A DNA stretch of 64,000 nt, taken from NCBI GenBank assembly GCA_965215885.1, contig CBDCEW010000101.1, forward strand, positions 115,569 through 179,568, read 5' to 3'. Both the position numbers and the translations under genes were made by a program. The notes beneath the pieces were generated by a model. The model did no database searches and was not told where the DNA came from. It saw only the letters and a program-made list of their open reading frames with translations. Below, one piece after another: positions 62,216 to 64,000 of this stretch. This DNA is from Candidatus Moanibacter sp. (GTDB taxonomy: Bacteria > Verrucomicrobiota > Verrucomicrobiia > Opitutales > UBA2987). Position 1 is the stretch's first letter. Every line of letters starts with the position of its first letter.

Positions 62216-63498
62216 ATGGCAAAGACAGTTGGCATTGGGGTCATCGGAATGGGCTGGATGGGGCAGGTACACAGCCGTAGCTATAGGCAGGTTGTTAGTC
62301 GCTTCCCCGAAAGGGAAGTCGTACCGCGACTTATCGTCTGTTCCGACAGCGTGGAGGCACGGGCGGAGGAAGCAAAGAAACGATTGGGCTTTGAATATTG
62401 TGTGACCGACCGGGAAGAGGTGGTTGGCAACCAGGAAGTCGAAGCCGTCAATATCACCGCCCCCAATCATCTTCATCTTGAAATCGTTCGCGCCGCGTCG
62501 AAAGCAGGAAAGCACATCTATTGTGAAAAGCCGGTTGGCCGAAGTCCGCGGGAGACGGCGGAAATCGAATCGCTTGCCCGGAGTGCAGGTATCCTCTCAC
62601 TGGTCGGCTTTAACTATCGCTGGGCGCCGCTTGTTCAGTACGCCCGGCAACTGATAAGCGGCGGGAAGTTGGGCGAGTTGACCCATTACCGCGGACGATT
62701 CCTTGTCGGCTACGCCAGCGATCCCGAGGCGGGGCTCACCTGGCGATTTAAGAGGGAGACAGCGGGATTAGGAGCATTGGGGGATTTAATCGCTTCGGGT
62801 TTAATCGCTTCGGGTTTAATTCCCCGAAGCTTGCTTCGTTTCTAATTCATAAAGTCTAATATCAAATGCCTCGGGGCTTGCCCCGAGGATCTTTACTGTC
62901 CCACGTCACCGATATGGCGCATTTTCTTGCCGGTCCTATCGATGAGGTCGTTGGAAGCAAGAGGACATTCATTCCCCAACGACCTGTTGTAAAAGAGGGT
63001 GAAGGGACGCACTATTCGGCCCGTGGCGGTGAAGAGAAAGGCGATGTCACCAACGAAGATTATGCCGGTGCCCTGGTCAGATTTTCCAATGGCGCTCATG
63101 GCTCATTTGAGGTGTGCCGGGTGATCAGCGGAATGAAATGTCAAATGGCCTTGGAAGTGCATGGGTCAGAAGGGGCACTGAACTGGAATTTCGAGAAGAT
63201 GAATGAATTGAACCTTTTCCTGCCAGACGGTGATTCCGGTCATGATGGGTTTGTGACTCTCTATACGGGTCCCGATCATCCCTATCATTCCAACTTCAAC
63301 CCCGGGCCGGCAAACAGCTTGAGCTACGAAGACCTCAAAGTGATTGAGGCTTATAATTTTCTTCGGGCGGTAGGAGAAAATAAGCAAGCAGAGCCCGGCT
63401 TCGACGCCGCGTTGAGAGTGGCTGAAGTACACGATGCCCTCATTCGCTCCTGGGATTCAAAACGATGGGAGGAAGTCAGACCGATCGAAATTCGTTAA
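62216..63498 (+). pseudogene. Gfo/Idh/MocA (inositol dehydrogenase-like) gene interrupted by a 107-bp insertion
   Basis: Removing 62789-62895 restores GALGDL-LSHVTD; YCEKP and GFNYR present. Confidence 0.9.
62789..62895. mobile_element. Non-autonomous hairpin-ended miniature element
   Basis: Palindromes cgaagc-tt-gcttcg and cctcggggc-tt-gccccgagg near the two ends; TTTA at both junctions; no TIRs. Confidence 0.75.
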
Positions 63499-63848
63499 GA
63501 AAAAAAACCGTGGATGGGGGAAACGGGATCGAGACAAGTGGAAAGAATCGAGAGAGACGGATGTCCGCGAAAGGGTCAAAGGGTCAGACTGCGAATTGTT
63601 GGATTGACAATTTCGACGTTTCTACCCTCTAACACGTGTCTTTCGGGCCACTGGAACGAACTTGACACCGATTGAAAGCCAACTTGGCGGAGTGTTAAAT
63701 GACACCCCCACTATCCTGCCCTGGATAATATGGGTGTCCCAATATTCTTTTGGCAGGTGGAAGATTTCTCTGCTTGCAATTTCAAGGAACTTGAACTGAA
63801 CGGCTCCACTGAACCGACCATTGCCTTCAATTCTGTCACTCCATATCC

Positions 63849-64000
63849 CTACCAGATTGTCTCTACTCCGTACCGGGAGATTGTAGGATCGACTGTCAGT
63901 ATCGGCATCTCGTTCAGTTGGCTTTGAGCGATCAGAATACGATCGAAGGGATCTCGATGGAGAAGTGGAAGTGTGTAGACGTGCAGGGTATGTCGAAGAT
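63849..64000 (-). CDS. vapC: C-terminus of a VapC/PIN-domain toxin (runs off the window)
   Basis: Manual translation gives LPLLHRDPFDRILIAQSQLNEMPILTVD...IW*. Confidence 0.85.
   Translation of the reverse strand, partial: LRHTLHVYTLPLLHRDPFDRILIAQSQLNEMPILTVDPTISRYGVETIW

Noticed and set aside
1..64000. tRNA, rRNA or riboswitches
   Set aside because: None recognised by eye. A tRNAscan-SE or Infernal/Rfam scan would be needed to exclude them.

Overview
Bacterial accessory/catabolic region. The gene content suggests a PVC-group, possibly Opitutae-like, organism, but this is inference only. It carries glycoside hydrolases (GH20, GH4, GH116, GH127, GH2), three sulfatases, eight Fe(II)/2OG (PhyH-like) oxygenase genes or remnants, five Gfo/Idh/MocA oxidoreductases, a GMC pair, a Tm-1-like/TIM-barrel pair, toxin-antitoxin genes and several transposable elements. 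No rRNA, tRNA or CRISPR array was seen. Main observations: (1) Two ORFs at 3593-5236 (-) are one reading frame split by a UGA in a GH-U-STC motif, followed directly by a SECIS-like hairpin. This predicts a 547-aa fused UGSC-type selenoprotein. (2) A tandem double four-helix-bundle (Avd/IVS-protein-like) gene at 13866-14630 is bracketed by ordered arrays of 12-bp periodic repeats in alternating orientation with a constant 17-nt spacer. Orphan arrays and related 6-bp and 9-bp periodic arrays occur elsewhere in the window. (3) Two different transposons sit in two copies of the same GTAG-REP repeat; one encodes an unusual 741-aa DDE protein and has clear TIRs and a 5-bp target duplication. (4) There are two full copies and one partial copy of a 182-bp CTAG-ended hairpin MITE, and a 107-bp hairpin-ended insertion that splits a gene. 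Many genes are truncated. Two insertion-riddled duplicate segments look like consensus/assembly artefacts, so pseudogene calls need read-level checking.
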